Assembly: GCA_013265495.1 (NCBI GenBank)
Contig: MU058384.1
Coordinates: 1,675,690-1,739,689, forward strand
Direction: 5' to 3'
Origin: Vicugna vicugna
Lineage: Eukaryota
DNA length: 64,000 nt
Under the pieces are notes generated by a model. It was not told where the DNA came from. It worked only from the letters and a program-made list of their open reading frames with translations, and did not search any database. A program made the position numbers and the translations under genes. Positions 12,690 to 25,759 of this stretch are shown here, in pieces (position 1 is the stretch's first letter; every line of letters starts with the position of its first letter).

Positions 12690-14520
12690 TAAAAATCAAA
12701 TGATCGCTATTTGTAGGTGGCATAATGGAATCCCTAGAAAACCTTAGCTATTCAGTGATAAGATGAAACAATAAAGTAATTCAGTCAGGATACAAAATTA
12801 ATATATAAAGCTCAACAGCCTTCAAATATACAAACTATAACCAATTAGAAAATGTAATGTTTTGCAAGAGTCACAAAAGAGATAAAGTCATCAGGAGTAA
12901 ATTTAACAAGTAATATGTAAAACTTACATGAGAAAAATTTTAAAGCTTTAAATTATTCCCAAAAGATGTTAAAGCAGACTTCAAAAAGTGGGAAGATTTT
13001 CCTTTCTTTTGGATAGGATAACATTACAAAAACATCAATCAGTTCTCCTCAACATAATAAATACATTTAATACAATCGAATAAACCTTTGCTGGAGTCAG
13101 TCAAGTGGGTTCTAAAATTTACATTAAAAAAAAAATCAAGAATAGCGAGGAAAACCCTAGGAAAAAAGAGCAATGTGGAGACAGAAAGAGAGGACTGGCC
13201 ATTCCAAATTTAAAGCACAGTATAAAGCCACTATAATTAGGAAAATGTTACACTCTAATATGAATAGAGAAACAGACCATGAAATAGAACAGACCCAAGT
13301 ATATGACAAAGGTGATATCACAAATCAATGGGGAAAATAAAGACTTGCTATTAAATGGTGTTGAGGAAAATGTGACCCTATTTGGGAAAAAATAAAGTTA
13401 TATCTGTATACCAGAATAAATTTCAAATATATTAGAGAGTTAAATGTAAAATATGAAATAATTCAAGTAGCATAAGTAACATGGGTGACTATCTTTATAA
13501 TCTGATGTGGAGAAAAAGTTCTAATTATGATTCAAATTCAAACATGAAAAAATACATTGGTAAGCTTATCTAAATAATTTTTTCAAGAAATAACTTGGCG
13601 TGGCAAAAAAATTCAAAAGTAAAATTAAAAGACTAATGACAAATTGAGAGAAAACTTTTGAAACGTGTATCACAAATAAAGACCAAAACTACCTAATATG
13701 TTAATATCTGTAAAAATGAAAATGCCAGGAAAGAAAGAACCAAAAACCTAAGGTGAAACGAGCAAAGGATAAATAGTTTCCACACACACACACAAACACA
13801 CACAAATATAAAGGAACACAACCATATGCAAAGATGTTTAACTTTACTCAATTAAAAAAATGCAAGTTGATACTACACTAATTCTATACTGACGCACTTT
13901 CTTACCTATCAGATCGGCACAAATTCAAAGCTTGACAACACATTCTTTCACATCTTGCTGGTGGGAATGGAAAACAGTATAAGCCTCATGAAGGAGAATT
14001 TAGCAATCCTTAACAAAACTGCATAAGCTTTTACCCTTTGATCCAGCAATTCCATTTCTAGGAATTTATCCCAAAGACATGTCTTCAGAAATCCAAAACA
14101 ACATATGCACAAGCTTATTCACTGTGAAATCATTTCTATTATCAAAATAACTAGAAACTAAACGTTCATCCTTAAGAGATGAGGTAATAAACTGTGGGAC
14201 AGCCACATAATGGAGGAGTAAGCAGCTGTAAAAAAAAGTGAAGAAGATCTCTATGAATTGTTTCAGAGTGATATCAGCATATATTTCTTAACAGAGAAAT
14301 CAAGTTGCAAAGGGACTATATAATATGCTACGTTTTGTGTAAGAAAGATAAACCAGAAATTCATGAAAACAGTCACCTATAGATGACAAGCAGGAACACA
14401 GTGGTGGGGGAAGGGAAGAGAATGAGACTTTACTCCATATATCTTTTTTTTAATGTTGTTTTTACTTTTGAACCATGTAGATGTTTTACTTATTCAGAAA
14501 ATTTAATTTAATTTAAAAAT
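12690..14520 (+). mobile_element. L1M ORF2 remnant plus 3' UTR, many stops and frameshifts
   Basis: atatgacaaagg, aaatggtgttgagg, tgctggtgggaatggaaaac, tttgatccagcaattccatttctaggaatttatccc landmarks. Confidence 0.85.
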
Positions 14521-14685
14521 CATAAAAGAAAAGCAAAATGCTAAGGTTGAAAGAACACAAATACAAATAAACCAATATGGACTTGGTAATATAACTGTAT
14601 ATCAAATTGATAATATAACAGCATAATGAGCTTAATTCAAGTAGCTTTGGAAAACAGTACTCAGGCTGCCCGTACACTCTTTGTG

Positions 14686-14908
14686 AAGTGGTTCTCAACT
14701 GAGAGTGATTTTGCCACCCCCCCAGAGGATATTCGGTGATGTCTACAGTCATCTTTGATTGCCACCATTGGGGGGTGGGCAATGAGTATTGGTACCCAAT
14801 ACCTAGAGCCCAGGGGTGGTGCTAAACATCCTACGATGCACAGGACAGCCCCTACAACAAAGAATTATCCAGCCTCAAATGTCAACAGTGTCCAGGTTGA
14901 GAGACATT
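14686..14908 (+). mobile_element. MER20 (hAT-Charlie MITE), near full length
   Basis: agtggttctcaac...tgctaaacatcctacgatgcacaggacagcccctacaacaaagaattatccagcc...ggttgagagac. Confidence 0.9.
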
Positions 14909-14931
14909 CTAGTGAGAGGTTATCTAAGGAC

Positions 14932-14975
14932 CAAAAAACAAAAACAAAAACAAAAACAAAAAAGAAGAAGAAGAA
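14932..14975 (+). repeat. (CAAAAA)n followed by (AAG)n
   Basis: Directly visible. Confidence 0.9.
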
Positions 14976-17454
14976 ATTTTGACATTTACTATAGATTTGT
15001 TGTTAGGAAAAGTATTGATACAATAATTCTTTTAAAATTTTCACAAATATTATGAGGTAGAGAGAATGAACAAATTTATTAGTGTTCTGAGCCAAGGTTC
15101 TCACTGTGGTAGGAGGAAGACACAAATATAGAGTAGGGAAAGGTGAGGAATCCTGGGATTGCTTAGTATGAGCTCCTGATTTAACAAAAAGGGGACAAAA
15201 AAAGTGGTATCTCCCGGTTTCCTGGGGCACATGGTGAGCCAGAGTATCTGGCTATGCCAGAAAACAAGGAAGGGCTTGAAGACCAATGGGGATGTATTAA
15301 AAGAACACAGGGGCCATCCTGAAGAAACTCACATGGGTCAAATTTGGAACTACCGAAACATGAAAAAGAATAACGATGTTAATGGATTACAGTGCATTGA
15401 ATCAAAAAGAACCCATGAGTCAACAGTGTTACTCAAAAGAATGGGGGAGTAGAGAGAACTCTTCTTTACAGAAGAATATCAGCTACAGGAGATATATTAA
15501 CATTAGAAATTCATCATTTTGCAATCATCAATGTGATAACTGATTCAGGCAAGATCAGAAGTGGATGCGAGTATCTTTGGGGAGGGCAGAAGGTCCGAAC
15601 AATCTCAAAAACACTATCCCACATAATACTTATTAGTTACAAAAGGAAAAATTCCCTTTGCCATTCACTATTCACTATGAAGTGTCCTTTGCTATTGTGC
15701 TGTTTGAATTTACTTTGATGTGTGCTATTAGGCACACTTCAGCCTAAACAAAGAACCAAGTTTTACATCCCAGTGTCGAGATAAACTGACATTACATGCC
15801 TCCTGATACGATGCAATAAGAAGTAAACAGCATCGCCTGTGTAATATACACACATGACCCCTCAGGCAGCATAATGCAGGATAATGGGCTCTAGGTCAGG
15901 CCAACTTTGGTCTCTATCTCAGCAAGAGGAAATAACCAAGGAAATAAAAGAGAATGAAGGGATATGATGAAATATTATGCACGATCTTTCACTGGTTCTT
16001 GGATTTTTAAAAGAGAGTTTTAAAGGCATTATAGGGACAATAGGCAATTTTTGAATATGGATTAATTGCTACATACTATATTTTAAACTTTTTTCTTATA
16101 AAAATAGTATTGTGATTATGTATAAAAGTGTTGTTTCTAGGAAATATATGCTGAAGTATTTAGGAATGAGCTGTCATGATATCTAACTTGCTTTTAGGAG
16201 GTTCTGCACATAAAGTAGATGTGGCAAAATTTAACAACTGGTACCTCTAGGTAAGGTGCACACTCGGTCAACTTTTCTACAAATTTAAAGTGTGTGTGTG
16301 TTTTTTAAAGTTATTGAAAAAAGGCTTGTTTGAATACATAATCAGGAACCAATATATTATTTGAAAACTAGTAAAGGAGAGGAACCAAGCATTTATTCTG
16401 TCTTCCCTAAAAGAACTGTAACTCACAGTAAACAAAAAACTAGGGAAGTTTCCCTGCATAGAAGTCTTCTGCATAACAAATGAAGTGGAGTAGCACCATT
16501 TGTAACCCCTATTCAATGCATGGATGTAGACATAATGATCAATGACAACCAACAGGCTGAAAAGAGAAATATCAGAAAGCCTGTACCTCCTGCAGGAAGC
16601 AGACATCACCACCTATGAAGTCGTCTTGCCAAAAAACAAACAAACAAACAAACAAAAAACTCTTAATCTGGCCAAGCTTCTAGATCTGTCAATGTATAAG
16701 AAAAGCAGGAAGCAGAGGAACAAGGTAAACATCATCGTGGATTTGCAACCATCCACACTGGGGAAGAGTTTCCTGGGAAACCTACAGGATAAACAATCCA
16801 GTCCTTTCCCAACCAAATTACTGGAGGAAAAATTGTGGAGAAGGAGAGCTATCAATTAAAAGAAACTTAAAAGACATAACCTACTGCAATTTACAGACCT
16901 TATTTGTAATCCTACTTCATACGAACAAACTTGTGGGGAAAAGGAAGTGTATGAGCAACAACTGGAAAATATAAACATCGCTGGGATAATCAATAATGTT
17001 AGGGAATTATTTTTAGTTAGATATGATAATGGTATTTTGATTATGTGTTTTTAAAGAGTTCTTATCTTTTAGAGACATACTCTGAAACATTTATGGATGA
17101 AACAATGTGATGCAGGGGATTTACTTCAAAATATTGTAGAAAGAGGTATAGATGGAACAAGAGTGTCTATGAATTCATATTTATTGAAGCTGCATGAAGA
17201 ATACATGGGGGTTCATTATATTAATCTCTTTACTATTAAAAGCAACTAGATACTTGAGCTTTTTCTGAAATAAAAGATTAACTGAAAAAATAATACAAAG
17301 ACAGCCTGGGAGAAAAAAAGTAGAAGGAGGTAGATGCCCTGCCTTTTTCTCCCTGCATTAACTGAACTCCTACAATAACCAGCTCCTGCTAAAGCCTTTA
17401 CCTGCATTATCCCACGCGGTCCCCACGAAGTCACATCATCACACAGTGGCTATT

Positions 17455-17675
17455 ACAGAGATTAAGCGCATATCCCCTGGTGTCAGACCTCCCAGATTCA
17501 AATCTCTGTTCTGCCACCACCTGTTGAGCCAATTAGCCTTAATTTCCTCATCTATGAAATGGGGATGACAATAATATTATCTACCTCATAGGGTTACAGT
17601 AAGAGTTAAACAATGGATTATTTGAAGTGCTCCCTGGCACACAGTGACACAATGTAAACATTAGTGCTTATTATT
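17455..17675 (+). mobile_element. MIR SINE
   Basis: ttcaaatctctgttctgccac...tttcctcatctatgaaatggggatgacaata...cctcatagggtt. Confidence 0.85.
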
Positions 17676-18486
17676 AAAAAGTGATAGAACTGTCACAGAA
17701 TCTGAGGTTTGGCTGACCCAGAGCCCATTATCCCACACAATGCTGCCTGCAGGATGGCACATATATACATACAGGTGCATCACTTTTGAGTACTCTCTGC
17801 CAAAGCTAATTTGTCCTCCCTGTTGGGCACATCCTGAATTGTCTCAAAGTATCAGCAGCAGAGTTGCAGACATGCCAAGAAAGAAATGTGGGAGTTAACA
17901 GGACTAGATTTCATGGTTAAAATACATAATAGATACAGCCGCTGTCCTCACAAGTTTACTAACAGGGGCCACGCATGGAAGTTGACCACCCAGGCAGCTG
18001 GGGCCAGATCAGGGTTAAGCAGATAGATCTGTCCTCTGAGCTCAGCCCAGCAACGGCCACCGTGTAGCATGTCCAGGGTCTCACCAACTCCAGCACGATT
18101 CTAAAGGTCATCAGCACTAGAAGGTCCAAACCAAGAAGCAGGTTTCAGCCGTGGTGACTCTAGGCAATGGTCAAAGGCGTAGATGCCAGCTGGAAGCAAA
18201 AGGATTTCCCTGAACTCTGCCCATCCATGGAAGAACCTTCCTAAGCAGTTGAGGAGTGGAGGGAAAGATTTTAATCCTGCGAAGGGAAACTGGCGAGGAC
18301 AGAAAAGGATATTGGGATTCAGCTGTATCAGCAGGGTCCTAGGCCTGAGGCATCTGTGGTCCCAGTCAGGAGAAGTAAGAAGACCACATTACCAAGGTCA
18401 GAGCCCAGTTTTGAGACCGAGGTCATGAAGGATGGAGACAGAGAGCCCTGCATCATAGCATCCGTTCGAGGTTCAGTCTAGCCCTT

Positions 18487-18983
18487 CATCTTACACTAGT
18501 TCCCCAAAACCAGACTCTGGCACAAGAATTCACTCCTGGGTGACTTATTAAAATATTCTCCCAGGAGAAACCAAGGAAGGAATGAAGGGAACAGGAACAG
18601 GGAAGAAAAAGTAGCAGCCAGACAAGGGTGCCACTGCAAGCAAAGTCTCAGAAGGGAGCTTCGGCTGCATCTCACACAACACCCAGGGTCTGTATTTTGC
18701 TTCAGAGTTTGTCCCAACCAGAGGCGAGAAAGCTGGGCTTTTCTGCTCCTACACTAGCCATCACTGACGAAGGGCTTCCCCAAAGGAACGTAAGCTCCCA
18801 GGCATCTGCAGGTTTTTGCGCTTGTGGCCAAAGTGGCTCTGGTGGTCCCAGGGATGGCCTCTGAAGACAGTGTGAAGTGTGGGCTTGTTAAAGCAAAATA
18901 ACACAGACATCAAGAGAGGAACGCACAGATGGTGAAAAGGGTCTGAAGAGCTCTGGGTAGAGTACCAGTAACATCCACCTCAC
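18487..18983 (-). mobile_element. LTR16A-like (ERVL) solo LTR, near full length
   Basis: tcagagtttgtcccaacc, aagctgggctttt, ctcccaggcatc, gcacagatggtgaaaagggg match reverse-complement LTR16A. Confidence 0.7.
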
Positions 18984-20171
18984 ACCTGTATTCCAGATTC
19001 TGGGTTCAACTGTCAGTAAAGAGTAATTTGGGAGGATGTCATGGGCCTAGCCATTGTGAGCATGTTGTAGGTCATTAGTGTGCATTTTGCAAATAACTTT
19101 CAATGTTAAAATAAAACACAGCTAAGCTGCTGGCAGACAGACTCTGAGAGCTGACTCGGATATGGACAATGCTGGGCCCAGAGGTGCAGGGTACCGGCTC
19201 TCACCTAGGCCTGCTGCCGCGGGGGTCGTGTAGCATGCTCTGTGAAACTCAGAGTCACTGAGAGCCCAGGTCAGTAGACTCTCTGCATCGCCATTCTCTC
19301 TGCCTCTCTCCAATATTCCCAACCAGCAAGTGAGATTTGGAATGATGTCCTTTGGGTGAAATGCCAGAAAGTTACAGTACCCTAAACATTTTCATAGGAT
19401 TGTCATTAAGTTCTCCTAATCTTGACCCCAAAGTCAGCAAGGAAAAAGGCACTTGGCTTACTCATTCTTCTGTGTCTCCTGGAGATTTACTCCCTGTTTG
19501 GGACCCAGTCATGGGTGCTGGATGGCCCCAAATCTGTTTCCCAGACAGATCTCTTCATTACTTCCAGATCCATCCGTTGAAACTGGATGCTATCCCTGAC
19601 CTTCACTGCCTCCTGTTATATCAGCAGGACCCCACAGTTGATCCACAGAGTTTTTGTATTAGAAGCTAGGGTAATTTGTGATTACAGCACAAGAATGAGA
19701 ATACGCTGATTTGTGTGTAGGGGTAGGGAGTAGAGGGTAGTGGTGTCAATTCCAGAAGGCAAAGAAAAGACTGTCTGATTTAAGGGTTATCCACCAGAGC
19801 AGAGTCGTAGACGGACTGCGCAGTAATACCTCAGGAATATAAGCAGGAGAGGAGATGGAGACTCCCAGGAAATAAAACAGCTGAGTCAAAAATTACACTC
19901 ATGAAGACACCAAGGCTGAGCCACAGAAGAGAACCCATAGGCACCTAAAAGAGTGAAAATACTGCTCAAAAAGCACCCCTCATAGCCCTATCAGTTTTTT
20001 CTGCTGTATAGCAACAGAAGAGAACCATCCCCCAGTTTATTCACAGAAGAGAACCAGAGCTCCTTGGAGAAGCTGCTGACTCCCATGCTGGGGGCCAAGG
20101 TGAGCCAGACTATCTGGCTGTGCCAGGAAACGAGGAAGGGCTCAAAGACCAATGGGGTCTATTCACAATGA

Positions 20172-20282
20172 ACATGAGCTCTATGAGCACAGATTCTGCT
20201 GTGTTTTGCTCAATGCAGTATCCCAGCGCTAAGCACTAAGTGCCTGGGAGGTAGGTACTCAACAAACGCGCTGAATGAACTA
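20172..20282 (+). mobile_element. L2 3' tail
   Basis: gtatcccagcgct...gtgcctggg...ggtactcaacaaac...tgaatgaa. Confidence 0.7.
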
Positions 20283-20284
20283 AA

Positions 20285-21250
20285 CACCTGTGCAATGACG
20301 TGGAAGGATGTCTACCAATTATTATTGGATAGGGAATGAAAAACATATTGTAGAAAGATACTCAGTCAATCCTCATTATCCATAGATTCTGCATTTGCAA
20401 GTTTTCTACTTATAAAAATATATTTGTAACCCCAAATCAATATTTGCAATACCTTGACAAACATGCACAGATATGCACAGAGCAGCAAAACATTTGAATC
20501 ACCCAATGTGCATGTTCCCAGCTGAGGTTAAACAAAGTAATTCTCTGCCTTCTTATTTCAGCTCTCACATTGTAAAATAGAGTCCTCTTGGTGGTCTATT
20601 TAGTGCCATGTTTTTTGCATTTGATTTTGCTGTTCAAAACGGCCCCCAAACATAGTGTAGAAGTGCTGCCTGGTATTCTTGAGCACAAGAAGTCTGTGAT
20701 GTGCTTTACAGATAAAATACATACGTTAGATAAGCTTTGCTCAGGCATGAGTCATAGCACTGTTGGCCATGAGTTCAGTGTTAATGAATTAACAAAATAT
20801 ATTGACTAATGTGTCTTTAAACAGAAATACATATAAAACAAGATTATTTATTGATCAGTTGACAAAAATGTTGTAACCAGAGGCTCACAGGAACCTAACC
20901 CTGTAATTTTCCCTAGGAGCAATGGTTAACTAATTCAGTATTTACAGCAACTTTATAGAATATAACTATTACAGATAATGAAAATTGACTGCATATAGTA
21001 TGCTTCATTTATTTAAGAATATATATAATAGGGAGAGAGAGAGAGAGATAAATTTGTGTAGACATAGGAAAAAAAATACCTGGACGTATACATTCCAAAC
21101 TGTTATACAGTGGTTGCATGTGGGGAGTGGAATTAAGGGAACATAAAAAGAGTTTCATTCTGTGTCCTTTTTTCCACTTTTTTATTTTTGCCATTTTTTT
21201 CAAGAGGTAATTATTATTTTGCTAACTTTTCAAACCAATATTTTTTAACA
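20285..21250 (+). mobile_element. L1ME 3' end interrupted by MER82
   Basis: atgacgtggaaggatgtc left of the insert; tatacattccaaactgttatacagtggttg right of it. Confidence 0.55.
20363..20991 (+). mobile_element. MER82 (TcMar-Tigger non-autonomous), full length
   Basis: TIRs cagtcaatcctcattatc...gataatgaaaattgactg; residual transposase N-terminal frame in ORF 20588-20809. Confidence 0.9.
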
Positions 21251-24200
21251 CACTAAAACAATAAATTCTTTAAAAACACTCAAAACCCTAAGAACTAGGG
21301 AAAAAAGTCACACAATTTGGAATTTGGATATTTTCATTTTTAAAGTGTCAACAAGAAAGTGCAAGCCTATAAAGAAATAAAATGAAAACAGAGCAGATAA
21401 GTGATAGAAAAGGAAAACTAGTATAAGAAAAGATCACCAGTTCTTAACAAAATTGCTAAATAAATAAGTACACGAATAAATAACAGATATCTGGGAGAAT
21501 GAGTCCGCTTTTAAGCCAGCAATGATGCAAATGAAAGAGAACAAGCAAGAAAAGAGGAGACTCATCAGGTCTGACATAACTTACGTCATCAAAGAACAAA
21601 GTCAGAAAAACAAAATAAAACACAAAAGCTTGAAGCAAACAAAACTATCTAACTCACAATATCACAAAAGTAAGTAAGCACCGAGCAAAGGAATCTTCGT
21701 GGGTTTGACTCTTTCAGCATCCTCTATTTAAGTAGCTAGAATTCTTTTTAAAGTAGCATCCTATTCAACCTTTTCAAAAATATTGGCCCTTTAATAAGAA
21801 ATATGTTTTTTATTTCCTCCAAAAAAGGAATACAGAATCCATGTTAGCTTAGTGGTTCTCCACAAGAGCAGGTTATTTTTTGTACAGTGTAGGACAAAGA
21901 ATAAAGACAAGGATTGCTGCTCACATACTCCAGGCATAAGCGATTCGGGGCATGTACAGGTAAATGGAGAAACAAGATCTAGCACCCATTCCTAGCATAA
22001 TGCCTAAGAGGCAGAGGCTGTTCTCAGAGTTGAAATCATTCTTGTTTCATGGACAGAAACTCTTGAGGTAAGAAGAACTAGGGTGCTGTTTCTCCTCTGT
22101 TTCACCCAGATAGCAGCAATACAGGACAGCACCAGTCCAGATTAGAATCGGCAAAAATTTAACACTAATGTTCCCACCTCCTTGAGCTTCCACCCCTCCC
22201 CAGCTCCTTTTTCCATGGGGCTCTCTGTAAGTTGTTACTTTTAAAAAGAATTCCGTGAATTAAACATTTGAACTGATAGATACCCAATTAACCCAAGGAT
22301 AAGAAAATCTAGACAACTGAAAGAGCCATTTTGGAGATTTTTCCCTGGAAGGAAAAGAGACGTTGGAGGAGTAAATCTCCATGAGAAGCCACTGTAGTGT
22401 GAGGATGTCTCTTGGGAAGACGCTCCTGTAAGATGCTGTATCAAGGGTTTTTACTGCCATAGGCTTGGCTCACATACTTGGCAATCATCAACCAAAAAAG
22501 CCATGCAGCTAAATCTGCCCTCTAAAGTCAATATATCACTGTATAATATGTAGAATGGAAATTAGGAATCTTCAATGAGAGATTTTTCCAAAAGAGCCCA
22601 CAGGTAGCATGAGAATATGCCTGATCAATGGGCATGAAATTGTACTATATTTCTTTCCCAAGTACATTTGTTTCCTTAAACAGGCAAAATTTCTTTAATT
22701 AAAAAATTTCCAGGGCATTTATTGATCCTTCAGCATGAACATTACTACTAACAGTTGAGAATAAAATTTGAGCATCTAAGGAGAGAAAAAAAAAATCGCT
22801 ATGCAAGCTAACCTTACCCCAAGCCTGCAGCCAAGCTAATTGAATTTTAAGTACGGTGGTGAGTTCCTCCTTCCCACCTCTGATGTATTTCACTGAATGT
22901 AGAAATAATTTTCCACCGTATATTTTAAAAACACATAAATAGAGAACATTATGGCTCACAGATGATCTAAGGAAAGGCTTCTCCTAGGGTTTTTGTTCTC
23001 CACGTTTCTTTATAAGTCTGCAAGAAAGGGGGAAAGGTGGTCCTTAATTAGAACCTGGCCTTGACCACTTTCCGGGCAGGTAAATTCTGGGGAAACCTTC
23101 TAGAAGCCAGCACTAATAGTAAAACAAATACATTTTAAGAGCTCAGAGTTAACTTCATCTTATGAGCTGATAATAAAAAAAAAATTTCTAGGACTGTTTG
23201 CCTGAGGGATTTTAGGCTTTGTTATTGGAAAATAAGAAATTCTAGAGTCTGAGAAAGGCCACTTGGCTCAGCGTGGCTGATACTGTCAAATTCCCTGATT
23301 CCAGTTCCCTATAGTTTCTCAATTTACAAATTCATCTATTCATCTCTCTGAAAAAATAAAATGATGATTCTAGCTTCTCTAGAGTTTTTGGCAGCTGCTT
23401 ATTTGCAACGTTTATCTTCCAGGTGAGAGCAGTTTTGGCAACAGCATCTTTTTTCTCCCGCTGTCCTATTTGTGTAAGGTTGGATTGGCCTCTATACTGT
23501 GAGCATGAAGAGCTTAATTGGAACAATATTATTATCCTTTACAATTTACAGAAATGTATTTGGCCTCTGTGAAGTGTCATTTTCCTCAGAGAGAATAAGC
23601 TGCTTCCTTATTAAGTCCTTTACAAAAATAGAAATAGTTTTTCTGAACCCTTTGGTGTTGGCAACACATTCTATCCTATTGCTCTTACAGCAGAAGAACA
23701 GAAGAAACACAATGGCCTTGAAATTTTATTCTAAAACAACCTCCAAAAGTGAAAATCTGAAAAAATCACTGAGTGGGTCTTAGAATTGGTAGGCTTTAGA
23801 GGAAGAATACCATTGAACCCACATAGGAAGGGATCTAGTTTCTAAGCGGACAGGATCTACCCCTCATGTGATCTCCATGTGTGAATCTATCTTGTGCTTT
23901 TCTTTGTAAACCCAACCTCTCCCATTCCTATGACTTCAGCTCCCTTTTATGCAAGAATGGCACCAGGTCTACGTGGTCATAGTTCTTAGCTCTCTTTCCC
24001 TCAAAATTTTAGCAGAAAAGCTACAACCAGAAATTCTGCCTTCTCAAGATTAAAATGAATGAAACCATTGATTTAAGAAAAATTTTTTGAATTCCACTGT
24101 TTAGATTCTTCTCAGTCTTTTTCACATCTCTTAGTTCTCTTCATGTCAATATCAGAATTGATCACCATGCACCCAAGAATTGAATCTCCTTCTGTTTCCC

Positions 24201-24544
24201 CTTTTTCTCTCAATGTTATTACCTTTTAGCTTCAGATCATCTAGCTGTTTTTCACTGCCTCTTCTCTTGCCTTCTATTTACAGTACGTTGTCAATTCTTC
24301 CTTCTCAGGTCTGCTCCTTCCTTATGTTGCCACTGCCCAACTCCAGACACTCTTTATCACATATCCTTATATTAATGGAAAATCCTAATTAGTGGTACTC
24401 AATTTACCCCCATTTGGCTCCTCCATCCTATCTTTTTCAGTCCATCATACCCCATGTAGCCATCTTTCTCTTCCTAAAATTCCATTTTCAGTATTTCTCC
24501 CTTTGTTCCCATTTTTTCTAGAAGTCTCCACCCAAGTTTAATAA

Positions 24545-24800
24545 TCTACACTCAAACAGTAACTACAATCTATTAGCTGATGCCTGCAACAATCATACCA
24601 GATGCTATACAAATTGCTTTACGTACATTATATATAATCCTCACTACAACCCTAAAAGTTAAGTTTTGTTATTTCCATTTTATAACAGAGAAAACTGAGC
24701 CTTAAAATGAATAAGCAACTCATCCAGTAACAACTAGAGCTGAATCAAAATGCTCATCAATTTGACTTTCAAATCCATGCTTTTCTCTGCCCATGAAGGT
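24545..24800 (-). mobile_element. MIR SINE within L2-derived sequence (about 24130-25450)
   Basis: taatcctcactacaaccc...ccattttataacagagaaaactgagcc. Confidence 0.75.
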
Positions 24801-24909
24801 TTCTGATTGCCGAATGGAGCTATCTAAACTCTTTCAGCCTACAATTTGAACAGCCTTATCACCTGGCCCACCTGATCTACTACATCACCACAAACCCTGT
24901 GCCCCAAAG

Positions 24910-25095
24910 GGTGGTGGTTAAGGTTGTACACTTTATAACCAGCTTGTCTGAGTTCAGCTCCTGGCCCTGTGGCTCACCAATTCGGCTAGTCCCAGTAAGT
25001 TACTTCACCATTCTGCACCTCAACTTTCTCATAAATCCTGATTAAAAGCACTCATCTCAGAGAAATGCTGTGAGATTAAACAAGACAATGCCTCT
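24910..25095 (+). mobile_element. MIR SINE
   Basis: gtggttaagg...gagttcagctcctggcc...aagttacttcac...gtgagattaaa. Confidence 0.65.
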
Positions 25096-25759
25096 CATCA
25101 CATGATTTCCATCTGTTTCCTCTGTCAAGAATGATCTTCTGGCTCCTGTCAGCTTATGAAGATGCAACACAAATGCAACACTGAACTTTTAGTAATTAAC
25201 TTTATCTCATCATAATATTTTGTGTAGCTAAACTTTCTTAATTTCACCCACATACTCTCACAAATATATTTAGAATATGTCACGTTATCTTGCTCTTGCT
25301 TACATATTGCCCTCTGATATTCTTTCACTCTTCCTTATTTATATAGTGTTTTTCTCTTCCCCAAATAATTACAAATTTCCAAAGGATGCAGACATTGTTT
25401 CCTGTATGTCTCACAAAAGAACTTAATACTGTGCTGAGCACAAAGTGTTTTGCCCCCAAGCTGAGAACCTCAGATTTACATTTCATAAATTAGTACTTAC
25501 TAACCATAATACCAGTTACGTTTCATTCTTTCTTCCCTTAGATTCTGATCACCTCCAGCCTAGATCCTACTACCCCAGCTCCACTGCCTGCACCCTTAGT
25601 CACTCGCTCATGCATTCATGACCAGTAAAAGGGACTGAAGGAAGGCCAGTGTGACTGAAACAGGAGGTGAGAGGACACAGAGCAAGATTAAGGCTGAGAG
25701 GAAGGCAGAGTTGCAACAGGAAGAGCCCATCTGTTCCCCTCGTTCTATTTTAAGGCAGA

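Larger units (their letters stand above)
14520..17245 (+). mobile_element. L1MC/MD-type 3' UTR segments, interrupted by MER20 and simple repeats
   Basis: aacccatgagtc, cacagtaaacaaaaaactaggg, atcaccacctatgaagt, atatgataatggtatt, catgggggttcattata landmarks. Confidence 0.7.

Noticed and set aside
12690..14520. Functional L1 reverse transcriptase
   Set aside because: No long ORF in the six-frame track; heavily decayed
14755..15055. Lys/Gln-rich ORFs
   Set aside because: Translation of MER20 plus (CAAAAA)n/(AAG)n repeats
19455..19640. Minus-strand exon ending GA|GTAAGC
   Set aside because: Sequence resembles a degenerate L2 fragment and has no good acceptor
19923..20055. CRISPR-like repeat/spacer array
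   Set aside because: Eukaryotic DNA, 13-bp unit, irregular spacing, no cas genes
21579..21640. Minus-strand donor GAC|GTAAGT after a T-rich tract (microexon?)
   Set aside because: No AG between the tract and the donor; also explicable as a TGACGTAA motif or chance
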